Below, one piece after another: positions 9,335-19,718 of a stretch of DNA of 24,905 nt; the stretch's first letter is position 1; every line of letters begins with the position of its first letter. Under the pieces are notes generated by a model, which saw only the letters and a program-made list of their open reading frames with translations, was not told the origin of the DNA and made no database searches. Source of the DNA: a virus (Duplodnaviria > Caudoviricetes); IMG/VR virus record IMGVR_UViG_3300032218_003042, positions 1-24,905 of that record; one strand, 5' to 3'. The position numbers and the translations under genes were made by a program.

Positions 9335-12300
9335 ATGCCCCAGAATACTAATCTCAATGTTTCTCCATATTTTGATGACTTTAAAAGGTCTAAAAATTAC
9401 AGCAGAGTTTTATTTAAACCAGCAACTCCAATACAAGCCAGAGAATTAACAACTCTTCAATCAATTTTTCAAGATCAAATTGAACAATTTGGAAATCACT
9501 TTTTCAAAGAAGGGTCATTAGTTATTCCTGGACAAATAGCGTATGAATCTCAATATACTTCAGTACAAATAAATGATACTTTTGGTGGAATCCCAGTATC
9601 TGCATATATTGATAAGTTAATTGGTGTAACATTAAAAGGCGAAATTAGTGGTGTTACTGCAATAGTAGAAAACTATCTAAGCCCTTTAACTGACGATGTA
9701 ACTAACTATACTTTATTTGTAAAATACCAAAGTTCAAGTGATACTAATTTTACCACTAAAATTTTTGCTAATGGTGAAAATTTAATCACTCTTCAAGATG
9801 TAACTTATTCTTTATCTACAATCAGGACAAATACTGCTGTTGCTACTTCTGTTATTACAAATTCAACCGCAGTTGGTTCTGCTGCTAAAATTGCAGAAGG
9901 AGTATATTTTATTCGTGGGTTTTTTGTTACAGTTAATCCACAAACTGTAGTTTTAGATGCTTATACAAATACTCCATCATATAGAGTTGGACTTCTTATA
10001 AATGAAGAAATTGCAATCGCATCAAATGAGTATCCAGATCTTTTTGATAACGCTAATGGATTTTCCAATTATGCTGCAGACGGTGCAGATAGATTAAAAA
10101 TTTCTGCCACTTTAATTAAAAAACCAATAACAGATTTTAACGATCAAGAATTTATTGAATTACTTAGAGTTGAAAATGGAATAATTCAAAAATTTGTAAA
10201 AGATAGTACTTATAGTATCATCCGTGACGAACTTGCCACAAGAACATATGATGAGTCTGGAGATTATTATGTAAGACCATTTTCAGTATCTTTGAAGGAA
10301 TCTTTAAATAATCAAACAGGAAATAACGGAATTTATAATAAAAATCAACAAACAAAACAAGGAAATACACCTTCAGATAATCTTGCTTGTTTGTCAATAA
10401 GTCCAGGGAAGGCTTATGTGAGAGGATATGATATAGAAACTATTGGAACAACTATAATTGACATAGAAAAACCAAGAGATACCGATTCAATCTATAATGA
10501 ATCTACTCCATTTAATGTTGGAAAACAAATAGAATTAAATAATATCTATGGTTCAATTCCAGTAGGATTTGGTGCAACTTCCCAGGTAAAATTATATAGC
10601 GGAAGAACCGCAACTCCTGGAGTCGTTTCTGGAACAGAAATTGGAGTTGCGAGAGTTTATGATTTGAGTTTTGATAATTCAAATTATGTTGATCCATCCA
10701 CAACAATAAGATGCTCATTATATGATATTCAAACTTATACTTCATTAACAATAAATTCAACAATAACTAAAACCGCCCCTGCATTTATTAAAGGTCAAAG
10801 TAGTGGAGCGACTGGATATTTGTTGAATGATGTATCTAATTCAAATTCTTTAACTTTATACCAAGTATCTGGAACATTTTCTGTCGGAGAACAAATTAGT
10901 GGATTGGATCAAAACAGATCAATTGTTACTGTAACAGATTACAATTTATCTGATGTTCATCAAATAGTTGCTAATGTTGGGGTTTCGGGATTAGGAACAT
11001 TCACCGCAGATCCTGTTTTATCCAATTCTTTTTATATTTCTTCTCCTGATACCTCATTTACAATTTCTGCTCAAAGTGCAGGAGTCAGCACAATAACATC
11101 ATCTTCTATTGATTTTTATAAAAATTTAAAAGTTGGTGATATTATTTCATACTCAAAACCAGGGCAAACTGTATTAACTTATAATAAAGTTTCTAGTATA
11201 AATTCATCTTTGAAACAAATTGGTATTGTTTCAACAACAGATGTTGCAAATGTATGTGATGGAGATCTTCCTACTTCACAAATACCAACAATATCTGGTG
11301 TAACTAAAGCAGCATTAGGTATTTTAAATTCAACTAGTGCGTTTTTATATTCAAAATTAAGATATAATAATATTTCAAATTTGGATTTAACTTCATCCGA
11401 AATAAAATTAAAAAAATCATATATTATTACTGTAGCAAGTAATGCATATAGTTCAACATTAGAAACAGATCCAAATTTAACTTTAGAAGATTTTAGTGTA
11501 GAAAATTATAATTTAACCTATAATTCTTCTGGTGTTGTTGAAACTTTAAATGATCAAAAACTTACAGTTTCTGGAAGGACTATTACTTTACAAAAATTAA
11601 GTGTATCTAGTGGGCAAGCAACTTTAACTGTAACTTATAAAAAAATAAAAACATCTACTCGCAAAAAAACCTATAATAGATGTGCATCATTAATAATAAA
11701 CAAGTCATCAACTGTTTCATCTGGAATTGGTTCCACTACATTGAATGATGGGTTGGCATATAGTTCTGTTTATGGGACTCGCGTTCAAGATAATGAAATA
11801 TCTTTAAACATTTGTGATGTTGAATCAGTTCTTGGGGTATTTGAATCTTCAAATACTTCTGACCCTTCTTTACCTACATTAAATTTAACTAATGTATCTC
11901 CAAATCTTTTAAATTCAATAATTGGAGAAAGAGTAATTGGAAATGACAGCAATTCAGTTGCTGTATTATGTAACAATAAAGTAACGAATCAAATTGAAAT
12001 AGTTTATGTAAATGAAAATAAATTTAATGTAGGAGAGATAATTATCTTTGAGGAATCACAAGTAACTGCTACTGTATATTCAATTGGAGTAGGAGATAAA
12101 GACATTAAGAGATCATTTACTTTTGATAATGGACAAAGAAATGAGTATCTTGATTTCTCTAAAATTATTAGGAATAGTAATGCAAATGCTCCTAGCAAAA
12201 AATTAAAAATAGTTTATAATTATTACAATATAAATCCAACAGATAGTGGCGATTTTGTTGGAGCCACATCATATGATAGTGCTAGATATGGGTCAAATAT

Positions 12301-15300
12301 TGCATCAATAAATGGAAATAGAGTTAGTGATATTATAGATGTAAGACCAAGAGTACTTCCATATTCTGGAACTAGATCTCCATTTGAATTTCAATCAAGA
12401 ATTTTTAATTCTAATCAAAATTCTTCAACTAATATATTTGCAAATAATAAGAACATAAACTTTTCATATTCTTATTATTTACCTAGAATTGATAAAATTT
12501 TCTTATCAAAAGATGGATCATTTTCTGTCAGTAAAGGTGTGCCATCATTAACTCCAAAAGTTCCAAATGGATTAGATAGTGCTCTTGAAATTGCAACCAT
12601 TTATTTTCCAGCTTATCTTTATAGTGTTAAAGATGCAAATATTATTGTATCTACACATAAGAGATATACAATGAAAGATATTTCAACATTGGAGACTAGA
12701 ATTTCTAATGTTGAATATTATACATCATTATCTTTACTTGAAACTGATACTCAGAATTTAACAATTAGAGATCCACAAACTCAATTGGATAGATTTAAAT
12801 GTGGTTTCTTTGTTGATAATTTCAGATCAATTTTTGGTGCTGATATAGCAAATGCAAGTTATAAAGCAAGTATTGATGTTTCTAATGGAATATTAAGACC
12901 ACAACCATATTCAACTTCTATTGATTTATTGATTGGATCTCAAGCATTAATTGGCATAGGTACAACTGCTAATCCATCTATTGATATTAATTATGCGGAT
13001 GATTTAGGTTCTTCCAATATTAAAAAGGTTGGAAATGTTATTTGTTTAAATTACAATGAAGTTCAATATACAAAAAATAATTTTGCAACAAGAGTTGAAA
13101 ATGTAAATCCATTTGCTACAATAAATTGGATTGGCACAATTCAATTAAAACCAGAAAGTGATACTTGGATTGATACAAGAGTAACCCCCAGAACAATTGA
13201 TATTGAAGGTTCTTATAGCACTGCGATTCAACAAAATCAAGCCGATACAAATACTGGTCTTTCCCCAGTTGATTGGGGAGCTTGGCAAACAAACTGGACT
13301 GGATCATCTGTATCTGAAGGTCCAGTAATAACACAGGTACAGTCTGGTAGTAATTTAGTTTCCGAAACTGGATGGGTTGCTACTTCTGGATTGCACGAAT
13401 CTCTTGCTCCAGATGGTGTTATGAGGCAAAGTCAAGTTAATACTCAAACAATTCGTGATAGTTCTATTGAATTTAGAGAACAAACTACAACTCTTACAGG
13501 ATCTCAAACAAGGCAAGGCATTCAGATTGGAGTAACTGCCAGATATGATACTGCTAGTCTTGGAAATAGAGTAGTTTCCAGAGAAATAATAACTACAATG
13601 AGATCTAGAAATATTGAAATGACTTCTAGAAGATTAAAACCAAAAACAAGATTTTATGCTTTCTTTGATAATGTTGATTTAACTTCTTATGTTGTACCAA
13701 AACTCTTAGAAGTTAATATGGTAAGTGGAACATTTAGTGATTCTGAGACAATTAAAGGAACACTTGGATCAAAATCAATATCTTTTAGACTTGCAAAGCA
13801 AAATCATAAATATGGTCCATATAATAGACCAACAGAAGTATATAAAGAGAATCCATATCAACCTACAAATTCTTTATCTGGTAGTTATTCTTCAACTACT
13901 AAAATCTTAAATATTGATACTGCAAGTTTGGCAGTACATTCTATTTCTGAATTTTTTGGTTCAGTTTCTATTGGTATGCGACTTGTTGGACAACAAAGTG
14001 GAGCTGTTGCTACCGTTTCTGATTTAAAATTAATCAGCGATTCTTCTGGTACATTTATTGGTTCATTGTTTATTCCAGACCCAAAACTTTCATCAACTCC
14101 AAAATTTGAAACTGGCACAAAAACACTAGTATTGACAACTAGTTCTACTAATTCTTCTATTGTTGGAATTTCGGAAAGTTCTGCAGAGGTCAATTTTACT
14201 TCTGCTGGAACTTTGGATAATGTTGAAGATTCTACACTTAGAATTAAAAATGCAAATATAGAAAGAAATACAGTATCTGATCAAAGATCAATAACTCAAA
14301 CAGATACTAGATTAACTGCAAATACAATAAATTCGTTTAGATCTACTGAACAAACACGTTGGGTGGATCCATTAGCAGAATCATTTGAAGTTACTGAACC
14401 AAATGGAGTATTTTTAACAAAATGTGAGGTGTTCTTCAATTCTAAAGATACTAACAATCTTCCAGTCACTCTGCAAATTAGAACAATGCAGAATGGCATT
14501 CCAACTCAGACTATTCTTCCATTTTCTGAAGTAATTTTGGATCCAGCATATGTTTTAACATCAACTGATGCTTCTGTTCCAACAACATTCACATTTAGTT
14601 CTCCAGTCTATCTAGAAGGTAGAAATTCATATGCTATAGTTTTATTATCAGCGTCAAATCTTTATACCGTTTGGATTTCAAGAATGGGCGAAACCGATGT
14701 TTCTACCGTAAATAAACCAGATTCAGAAAAAATCATTGTTTCCCAGCAACCAACTCTTGGGTCTCTCTTCAAATCACAAAATGGTGCAACCTGGGATCCA
14801 AGCCAACTTGAGGACCTTAAATTTACTCTTTATAGAGCAGAATTTACAACTTCTCCCGCTTCAGTAAGATTCTACAATCCTCAATTAGGTCTTGGAAATA
14901 ATCAGATTGTTTCTTTGAGACCCAATCCACTTTCGGCATATTCAAAAACAGTATTGGTTGGATTGGGAAATACTTTAACAAATTCAAATATTTCTAATTT
15001 AATAGTAGGTAATACTATTTCTCAACAAAATAATCTTAATTTTAAAGGTAATTTAAAATCATTGGTAGGAGCGATTGGAATTAATAGTACTTTGAGTATT
15101 ACAAATGCGGGAATTGGTTTTACAAGTCTTGGGGTAACATACTCAAATGTCAATTTAGTAACTCTTTCTGGGAATGGGACAGGGGCAAAAGTAGATCTAT
15201 CTGTTAGTAACGGTGTTGCAATTGCTGCTACTGTTTCAATAGGCGGATCTGGATATGCATATGGAGATACTCTAACAGTTTCGTCTTCTGACACTAGTGG

Positions 15301-16876
15301 ATTTGGTAAAAATCTAATTCTTTCAATTCCAAATACTGTTGGAGTGATTTCTGCATTCAATTCATTGATTGTTGAAAATACTCAAGGCGTTTTAAACACA
15401 AATTCAGTAGATTATCTTTTAAGCACTAATTCTACAGGAACACAAACTATTACTGGTTCAATTGTGTCTTCACTGCAAACTTTATCTGATGGATTACACT
15501 TCAAAGTTTTACATCAAAATCATGGAATGTACTCTACAATTAATGAAGTTCAATTAAGTGGAATTGAAAGTGATGTTTCTCCAACAAAATTATCAGTTAA
15601 TTATTCATCAACTACAAACAATGAAATAGCAGTTGCATCAATTTCTAATTTTATAAATTTTGAAAATTACCCTGTAGGTTTAACAAATCCTGGTTATATT
15701 TTAATCAATAATGAAATACTCTCATATACTGGGATTAATCAATCAACAAATACATTAACAGGAATTACAAGAGGAATCAACAACACAATTCCATCACAAC
15801 ATAATTTAAATGATTTAGTGTTCAAATATGAATTCAATGGAATTTCATTAAGAAGAATTAATACTACACATTCACTTTCCAATGCTGATTTTGTTACTTA
15901 TCCAATTGAAATTGATAGTTATCATATTAAAGTAAATACATCTCAAAATGGAACAGATAGAACTACTGGAAATGCAAACAGTTTCCCTGAATTATACTTC
16001 AATATTAATAAATCTGGAGGATCTTATTTAAATACATCTCCACAGTCATCCTCATTGAATGGACCAAAAGCAACTCAAAATATTACTTTCAATATTGTAA
16101 AACCAATAGTTCAGACATTAATTCCAGAAACGACTTCAATAGATTCAAAAATTAGAACTATTTCTGCAACCAGTATAAATGGAAATGAAACTCCATTTAT
16201 AGATCAAGGTTTTGAAAATATTACATTTAATTCTGATAATCGTTTAGAAACTACAAGATCTGTTTTATCGCAAGTCAATGAAAATGAATATTTAAAATTA
16301 TCTGATTATCCTGGAAAAAAATCATTAACATTGGAAATGGTCTTATCCACAAAAGATTCTAAAGTTTCTCCAATGATTGATTTGGATAGAGTAAATATGA
16401 TTTTGGCCATGAATAGGATTAATAACCCAATTTCAAATTACGCTTCTGATTCCAGAGTAAATGGTTTAATTGGAGATCCAAATGCTGCAATTTATATTTC
16501 CAAAAAAGTTAAATTGGAAAAATCTGCAAATAGTTTGAAAGTTCTTTTTGACGCATTTAGACATTCCACAAATGATATCAGAGTATTGTATAGATTGTTT
16601 AGAAGTGATACCCCAGATGAACAACAACTATATGATCTATTCCCTGGATATGATAATTTAGATAATTCTGGAAATGTGATTGATGCTTCAAAAAACAGTG
16701 GCAGACCAGACAAACTTGTATTGCCATCAATAAATCCAAATGATTATAGTAGTTATGAATTTAATGCTAAAAATCTTGCTCTATTTAATGGATTCCAAAT
16801 TAAAATTATAATGTCTGGAACAAATCAGGCATTTGTTCCAAAAATAAGAGACCTAAGAGCAATTGCAACAGCATGA
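9335..16876 (+). CDS. Large virion structural protein, DUF4815/VrlC-like (2513 aa)
   Basis: N-terminal PYFDDF...RVLFKP..PIQARELTTLQS...QIEQFGNHFFKEGS, plus RTYDESGDYYVRPF, PGKAYVRGY, YYLPRIDKI, RFKCGFFVDNF, DPLAESF and SLFKSQNGATW. Its position after gp8 is the usual one in T4-like cyanophages. Confidence 0.85.
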   Translation: MPQNTNLNVSPYFDDFKRSKNYSRVLFKPATPIQARELTTLQSIFQDQIEQFGNHFFKEGSLVIPGQIAYESQYTSVQINDTFGGIPVSAYIDKLIGVTLKGEISGVTAIVENYLSPLTDDVTNYTLFVKYQSSSDTNFTTKIFANGENLITLQDVTYSLSTIRTNTAVATSVITNSTAVGSAAKIAEGVYFIRGFFVTVNPQTVVLDAYTNTPSYRVGLLINEEIAIASNEYPDLFDNANGFSNYAADGADRLKISATLIKKPITDFNDQEFIELLRVENGIIQKFVKDSTYSIIRDELATRTYDESGDYYVRPFSVSLKESLNNQTGNNGIYNKNQQTKQGNTPSDNLACLSISPGKAYVRGYDIETIGTTIIDIEKPRDTDSIYNESTPFNVGKQIELNNIYGSIPVGFGATSQVKLYSGRTATPGVVSGTEIGVARVYDLSFDNSNYVDPSTTIRCSLYDIQTYTSLTINSTITKTAPAFIKGQSSGATGYLLNDVSNSNSLTLYQVSGTFSVGEQISGLDQNRSIVTVTDYNLSDVHQIVANVGVSGLGTFTADPVLSNSFYISSPDTSFTISAQSAGVSTITSSSIDFYKNLKVGDIISYSKPGQTVLTYNKVSSINSSLKQIGIVSTTDVANVCDGDLPTSQIPTISGVTKAALGILNSTSAFLYSKLRYNNISNLDLTSSEIKLKKSYIITVASNAYSSTLETDPNLTLEDFSVENYNLTYNSSGVVETLNDQKLTVSGRTITLQKLSVSSGQATLTVTYKKIKTSTRKKTYNRCASLIINKSSTVSSGIGSTTLNDGLAYSSVYGTRVQDNEISLNICDVESVLGVFESSNTSDPSLPTLNLTNVSPNLLNSIIGERVIGNDSNSVAVLCNNKVTNQIEIVYVNENKFNVGEIIIFEESQVTATVYSIGVGDKDIKRSFTFDNGQRNEYLDFSKIIRNSNANAPSKKLKIVYNYYNINPTDSGDFVGATSYDSARYGSNIASINGNRVSDIIDVRPRVLPYSGTRSPFEFQSRIFNSNQNSSTNIFANNKNINFSYSYYLPRIDKIFLSKDGSFSVSKGVPSLTPKVPNGLDSALEIATIYFPAYLYSVKDANIIVSTHKRYTMKDISTLETRISNVEYYTSLSLLETDTQNLTIRDPQTQLDRFKCGFFVDNFRSIFGADIANASYKASIDVSNGILRPQPYSTSIDLLIGSQALIGIGTTANPSIDINYADDLGSSNIKKVGNVICLNYNEVQYTKNNFATRVENVNPFATINWIGTIQLKPESDTWIDTRVTPRTIDIEGSYSTAIQQNQADTNTGLSPVDWGAWQTNWTGSSVSEGPVITQVQSGSNLVSETGWVATSGLHESLAPDGVMRQSQVNTQTIRDSSIEFREQTTTLTGSQTRQGIQIGVTARYDTASLGNRVVSREIITTMRSRNIEMTSRRLKPKTRFYAFFDNVDLTSYVVPKLLEVNMVSGTFSDSETIKGTLGSKSISFRLAKQNHKYGPYNRPTEVYKENPYQPTNSLSGSYSSTTKILNIDTASLAVHSISEFFGSVSIGMRLVGQQSGAVATVSDLKLISDSSGTFIGSLFIPDPKLSSTPKFETGTKTLVLTTSSTNSSIVGISESSAEVNFTSAGTLDNVEDSTLRIKNANIERNTVSDQRSITQTDTRLTANTINSFRSTEQTRWVDPLAESFEVTEPNGVFLTKCEVFFNSKDTNNLPVTLQIRTMQNGIPTQTILPFSEVILDPAYVLTSTDASVPTTFTFSSPVYLEGRNSYAIVLLSASNLYTVWISRMGETDVSTVNKPDSEKIIVSQQPTLGSLFKSQNGATWDPSQLEDLKFTLYRAEFTTSPASVRFYNPQLGLGNNQIVSLRPNPLSAYSKTVLVGLGNTLTNSNISNLIVGNTISQQNNLNFKGNLKSLVGAIGINSTLSITNAGIGFTSLGVTYSNVNLVTLSGNGTGAKVDLSVSNGVAIAATVSIGGSGYAYGDTLTVSSSDTSGFGKNLILSIPNTVGVISAFNSLIVENTQGVLNTNSVDYLLSTNSTGTQTITGSIVSSLQTLSDGLHFKVLHQNHGMYSTINEVQLSGIESDVSPTKLSVNYSSTTNNEIAVASISNFINFENYPVGLTNPGYILINNEILSYTGINQSTNTLTGITRGINNTIPSQHNLNDLVFKYEFNGISLRRINTTHSLSNADFVTYPIEIDSYHIKVNTSQNGTDRTTGNANSFPELYFNINKSGGSYLNTSPQSSSLNGPKATQNITFNIVKPIVQTLIPETTSIDSKIRTISATSINGNETPFIDQGFENITFNSDNRLETTRSVLSQVNENEYLKLSDYPGKKSLTLEMVLSTKDSKVSPMIDLDRVNMILAMNRINNPISNYASDSRVNGLIGDPNAAIYISKKVKLEKSANSLKVLFDAFRHSTNDIRVLYRLFRSDTPDEQQLYDLFPGYDNLDNSGNVIDASKNSGRPDKLVLPSINPNDYSSYEFNAKNLALFNGFQIKIIMSGTNQAFVPKIRDLRAIATA

Positions 16877-17073
16877 TACCAGTAGAAGGGCATAAAGGTT
16901 TATATAGAGACCAAAAAACAAATGCAATTGTAAATTGCGATGACTATCAATATGAAGAATACATTAAAGCATCTCAAAAAATATTAGAAGAAAAAAATGA
17001 AATACAAACACTTAAACATGAAATTGAAGAATTAAAATCATTAGTTTCTGCTCTAATTAATAATAAATCATAA
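16873..17073 (+). CDS. Conserved small phage protein with C-terminal coiled coil (66 aa)
   Basis: ATGA overlap with the upstream stop codon. VEGHKGLYRD..TNAIVN motif followed by heptads (EIQTLKHEIEELKSLVSAL). Resembles the small ORF that commonly follows VrlC-like genes. Confidence 0.8.
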   Translation: MIPVEGHKGLYRDQKTNAIVNCDDYQYEEYIKASQKILEEKNEIQTLKHEIEELKSLVSALINNKS

Positions 17074-17076
17074 ATA
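17069..17076 (+). promoter_or_regulatory. T4-type late promoter variant (CATAAATA)
   Basis: The TAAATA core includes the TAA stop of the 66-aa ORF and lies 26 nt before the next ATG. Confidence 0.6.
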
Positions 17077-17102
17077 TATAAGAACTAGTTTATTTCCTAA
17101 TA

Positions 17103-17444
17103 ATGTCAGTATATGTAGTAAATATTGTCATTCCAAGTGGAGCTGATTTTGAGCAAACTTTCACTCTTGAAAGTTCTGAAAGTAATTCTTATATAAATTT
17201 ATCAGAATATACTGGTGCTTCTTTTTTAAAGAAAAGTGCTCAAACTTTATCAATCGCAGCAATGTTTGATGTGTCTTTTCCTTATCCAGAACAAGGAAAA
17301 GTTAAAATATCTCTTGGATCTAGTATAACATCAACTTTAAAATCTGGAAGATATGTTTATGATATTCTTCTTGATGATGGTTATAAAAAAACTAGAGTTG
17401 TAGAGGGAAGTGCTTTAGTTACAGCAGGCGTCACAACAAGTTAA
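17103..17444 (+). CDS. Small beta-sandwich virion protein (BppU N-terminal-like, 113 aa)
   Basis: I..GADFEQTFTL...NLSEYTG...GKVKISL....T..LKSGRYVYDILL...KTRVVEG.ALVT pattern, typical of phage Ig-like baseplate or adaptor proteins. Confidence 0.7.
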   Translation: MSVYVVNIVIPSGADFEQTFTLESSESNSYINLSEYTGASFLKKSAQTLSIAAMFDVSFPYPEQGKVKISLGSSITSTLKSGRYVYDILLDDGYKKTRVVEGSALVTAGVTTS

Positions 17445-17447
17445 ATA
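17440..17447 (+). promoter_or_regulatory. Possible late promoter (GTTAAATA) followed by a GGAG ribosome-binding site at 17454-17457
   Basis: The TAAATA core overlaps the upstream stop codon and lies 17 nt before the gp13 ATG. Confidence 0.5.
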
Positions 17448-17464
17448 CAAATTGGAGATTTACA

Positions 17465-18280
17465 ATGGCAGAGGTAAATAGCCGTCAAGGACTACTTGAT
17501 TATTGTTTAAGAAGATTAGGTTATCCTGTCATAGAGGTGAATGTTGATGACGATCAGTTAAATGATAGATTAGATGATGCTTTACAGTATTTTCACGAAA
17601 GACATTTTGATGGAATTGAAAGAGTATATCTAAAGCATAAATTATCTCAAACAGAAATTAGTACTTTTAGAAATTCAACTACACCATCAAGTGCGAATTC
17701 TTCAGTTGGTATAACTACGTCAAATTACGTAGAAACACAAAATTTTATACCATTACCTGATACTGTAATCGGGGTAAATAGTATTTTTAAAGTTGATGCA
17801 AGTACAATTTCTAGCGGTCTTTTTAATATCAAATATCAACTTTTCTTAAATGATCTTTACTATTATGGTGCGCTTGATTTGCTAAATTATGCTATGGTTA
17901 AGGAATATCTGGAAGATATTAGTAGAATTATTACTCCAGATGTTCAGTTAAGATTTAATAAAAAAAATCATAGATTATATATTGATATTGATTGGCAACA
18001 GATGAATGCAGAACAATATTTAATTATTGATTGCTATAGAATTGTAAATCCAGCAGATGCTCCAGCAATTTATAATGACTGGTGGTTAAAAATGTATTTG
18101 ACTGCTTTAATTAAAAAGCAATGGGGACAAAATTTAACCAAATACAATAATGTTCAACTTCCAGGTGGAATAACTTTAAATGGTGATAAAATATATCAAG
18201 ATGCATTAAATGAAATAGAAAAAATAGAGTATCAACTGAAGAATGAATATGAACTGCCTCCATTGGATATGATAGCATAA
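17465..18280 (+). CDS. gp13: Neck protein gp13
   Basis: LLDYCLRRLGYPVIEVNVDDDQLNDRLDDALQYFHERHFDG and WLKMYLTALIKKQWGQNLTKY..VQLPGGITLNG motifs. Confidence 0.95.
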   Translation: MAEVNSRQGLLDYCLRRLGYPVIEVNVDDDQLNDRLDDALQYFHERHFDGIERVYLKHKLSQTEISTFRNSTTPSSANSSVGITTSNYVETQNFIPLPDTVIGVNSIFKVDASTISSGLFNIKYQLFLNDLYYYGALDLLNYAMVKEYLEDISRIITPDVQLRFNKKNHRLYIDIDWQQMNAEQYLIIDCYRIVNPADAPAIYNDWWLKMYLTALIKKQWGQNLTKYNNVQLPGGITLNGDKIYQDALNEIEKIEYQLKNEYELPPLDMIA

Positions 18281-18281
18281 T

Positions 18282-19697
18282 ATGTCTCCATTAAATTCCT
18301 ATTTTCTAAATGGTTCTCCATCTGAACAAAGATTATTGCAAGATCTTGTCAATGAACAGTTAAGAATGTTTGGGCAAGATGTTGTCTATATGCCCAGAAA
18401 ATTTATTAATAAAAAAACTGTCATTAAAGAAGAAATACTTTCTCAATTTAATGATAGTTTTAGATTAGAAGCTTATATAACAAATGTTCAAGGATTTGGT
18501 GGTCAGGGGGATATACTTTCAAAATTTGGCGTCAGAACAACTGATGAAATGACCTTTGTTATTTCAAAAGAAAGATATGAAGATTTTATTTCTCCTTTTT
18601 TAACCAATCAACCAGATATCGTCACTTCAATTAGACCAGAAGAGGGAGATTTAATTTATCTTCCTTTGGATAATAGTTTATTTGAAATCAAATATGTAGA
18701 GGGTAAAAAACCATTTTATCAATTAAACAATCTTTATGTTTATGAATTAAGATGCGAAATCTTTGAATATGAAGATGAAATTATTGATACCACTATTTCT
18801 GAAGTTGATCAATCTGTTAAAGATTTTGGATATATTATGACTATTAATATGGTAGATGATGAAACTAGTTCTCAAGCATATGCTCAAGTTGGAATTGCTT
18901 CTGAACAAGGTTCTTATTCGGGAAAATCAATTCAGTATATTGATTTAATATCTGATGGAACTGGTTATTTGAGTACTCCATCAATTGTTTTATCACCACC
19001 ACCAGAAGATGGAATTGCTGCAACTGCAGTTGCTATTATGACTAGTAGATCTGGAAGAAAGGGCAATTCAATTGATAGAATTGTTCTATTAAATCCTGGA
19101 ATAGGTTATACAGAAGCACCAAATGTAGTTATTAAGAGTTCTTCTGGATCTGGCGGTATTGCTACTGCTGTTCTTGGCAATGGTTCATTAGGACCAGTTC
19201 AAATATTATCAGGTGGTGCTGGTTATTCCACTGCTCCATTTGTTTATGTTGATGCTGCTCCTCCTGGAGGAACAACAGCAGTATTAGAACCAATACTAAC
19301 TGCTACTGGAATTGTAACAGCATTAGTATATTCAAATACTGGCGCTGGTTATACTGAAAGTCCAATGGTCACTATTTCTACACCTTTGGGAATTTCAACT
19401 GGAAATTATCTATTCAATGAAGTTGTCATGGGAACCTCATCCGAAACATCTGCAAGAGTTAAAGAATGGGATTATGATACTAAAACTCTTAAAGTTTCTA
19501 TTATGAATGGAGGATTTGTTCTTGGAGAAACAATTGTAGGAATGGGAACAACTGCTGGCGGATCAGATGCTTCATATAAAGTATTTTCTATAGAAACTGA
19601 TAATTTGTACGATAATTACAATCAAAATAAGGATATAGAGGACGAATTTGAACAAATATTTGATTTTTCAGAGAAAAATCCATTTGCTGACTTCTAA
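18282..19697 (+). CDS. gp14: Neck/head-closure protein gp14 with an internal repeat insertion
   Basis: SEQRLLQDLVNEQLRMFGQDVVYMPR, GDILSKFGV, RPEEGDLIYLP, LFEIKYVE..KPFYQL, ending in FDFSEKNPF. Confidence 0.93.
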   Translation: MSPLNSYFLNGSPSEQRLLQDLVNEQLRMFGQDVVYMPRKFINKKTVIKEEILSQFNDSFRLEAYITNVQGFGGQGDILSKFGVRTTDEMTFVISKERYEDFISPFLTNQPDIVTSIRPEEGDLIYLPLDNSLFEIKYVEGKKPFYQLNNLYVYELRCEIFEYEDEIIDTTISEVDQSVKDFGYIMTINMVDDETSSQAYAQVGIASEQGSYSGKSIQYIDLISDGTGYLSTPSIVLSPPPEDGIAATAVAIMTSRSGRKGNSIDRIVLLNPGIGYTEAPNVVIKSSSGSGGIATAVLGNGSLGPVQILSGGAGYSTAPFVYVDAAPPGGTTAVLEPILTATGIVTALVYSNTGAGYTESPMVTISTPLGISTGNYLFNEVVMGTSSETSARVKEWDYDTKTLKVSIMNGGFVLGETIVGMGTTAGGSDASYKVFSIETDNLYDNYNQNKDIEDEFEQIFDFSEKNPFADF

Positions 19698-19700
19698 ATA
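19693..19700 (+). promoter_or_regulatory. Possible late promoter (TCTAAATA)
   Basis: The TAAATA core overlaps the gp14 stop codon and lies 18 nt before the gp15 ATG. Confidence 0.55.
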
Positions 19701-19718
19701 ATTATAAAGTTTAATATT

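Noticed and set aside
9335-16876. Virulence factor interpretation of the VrlC-like gene
   Set aside because: The name is historical; the gene context indicates a virion structural protein.
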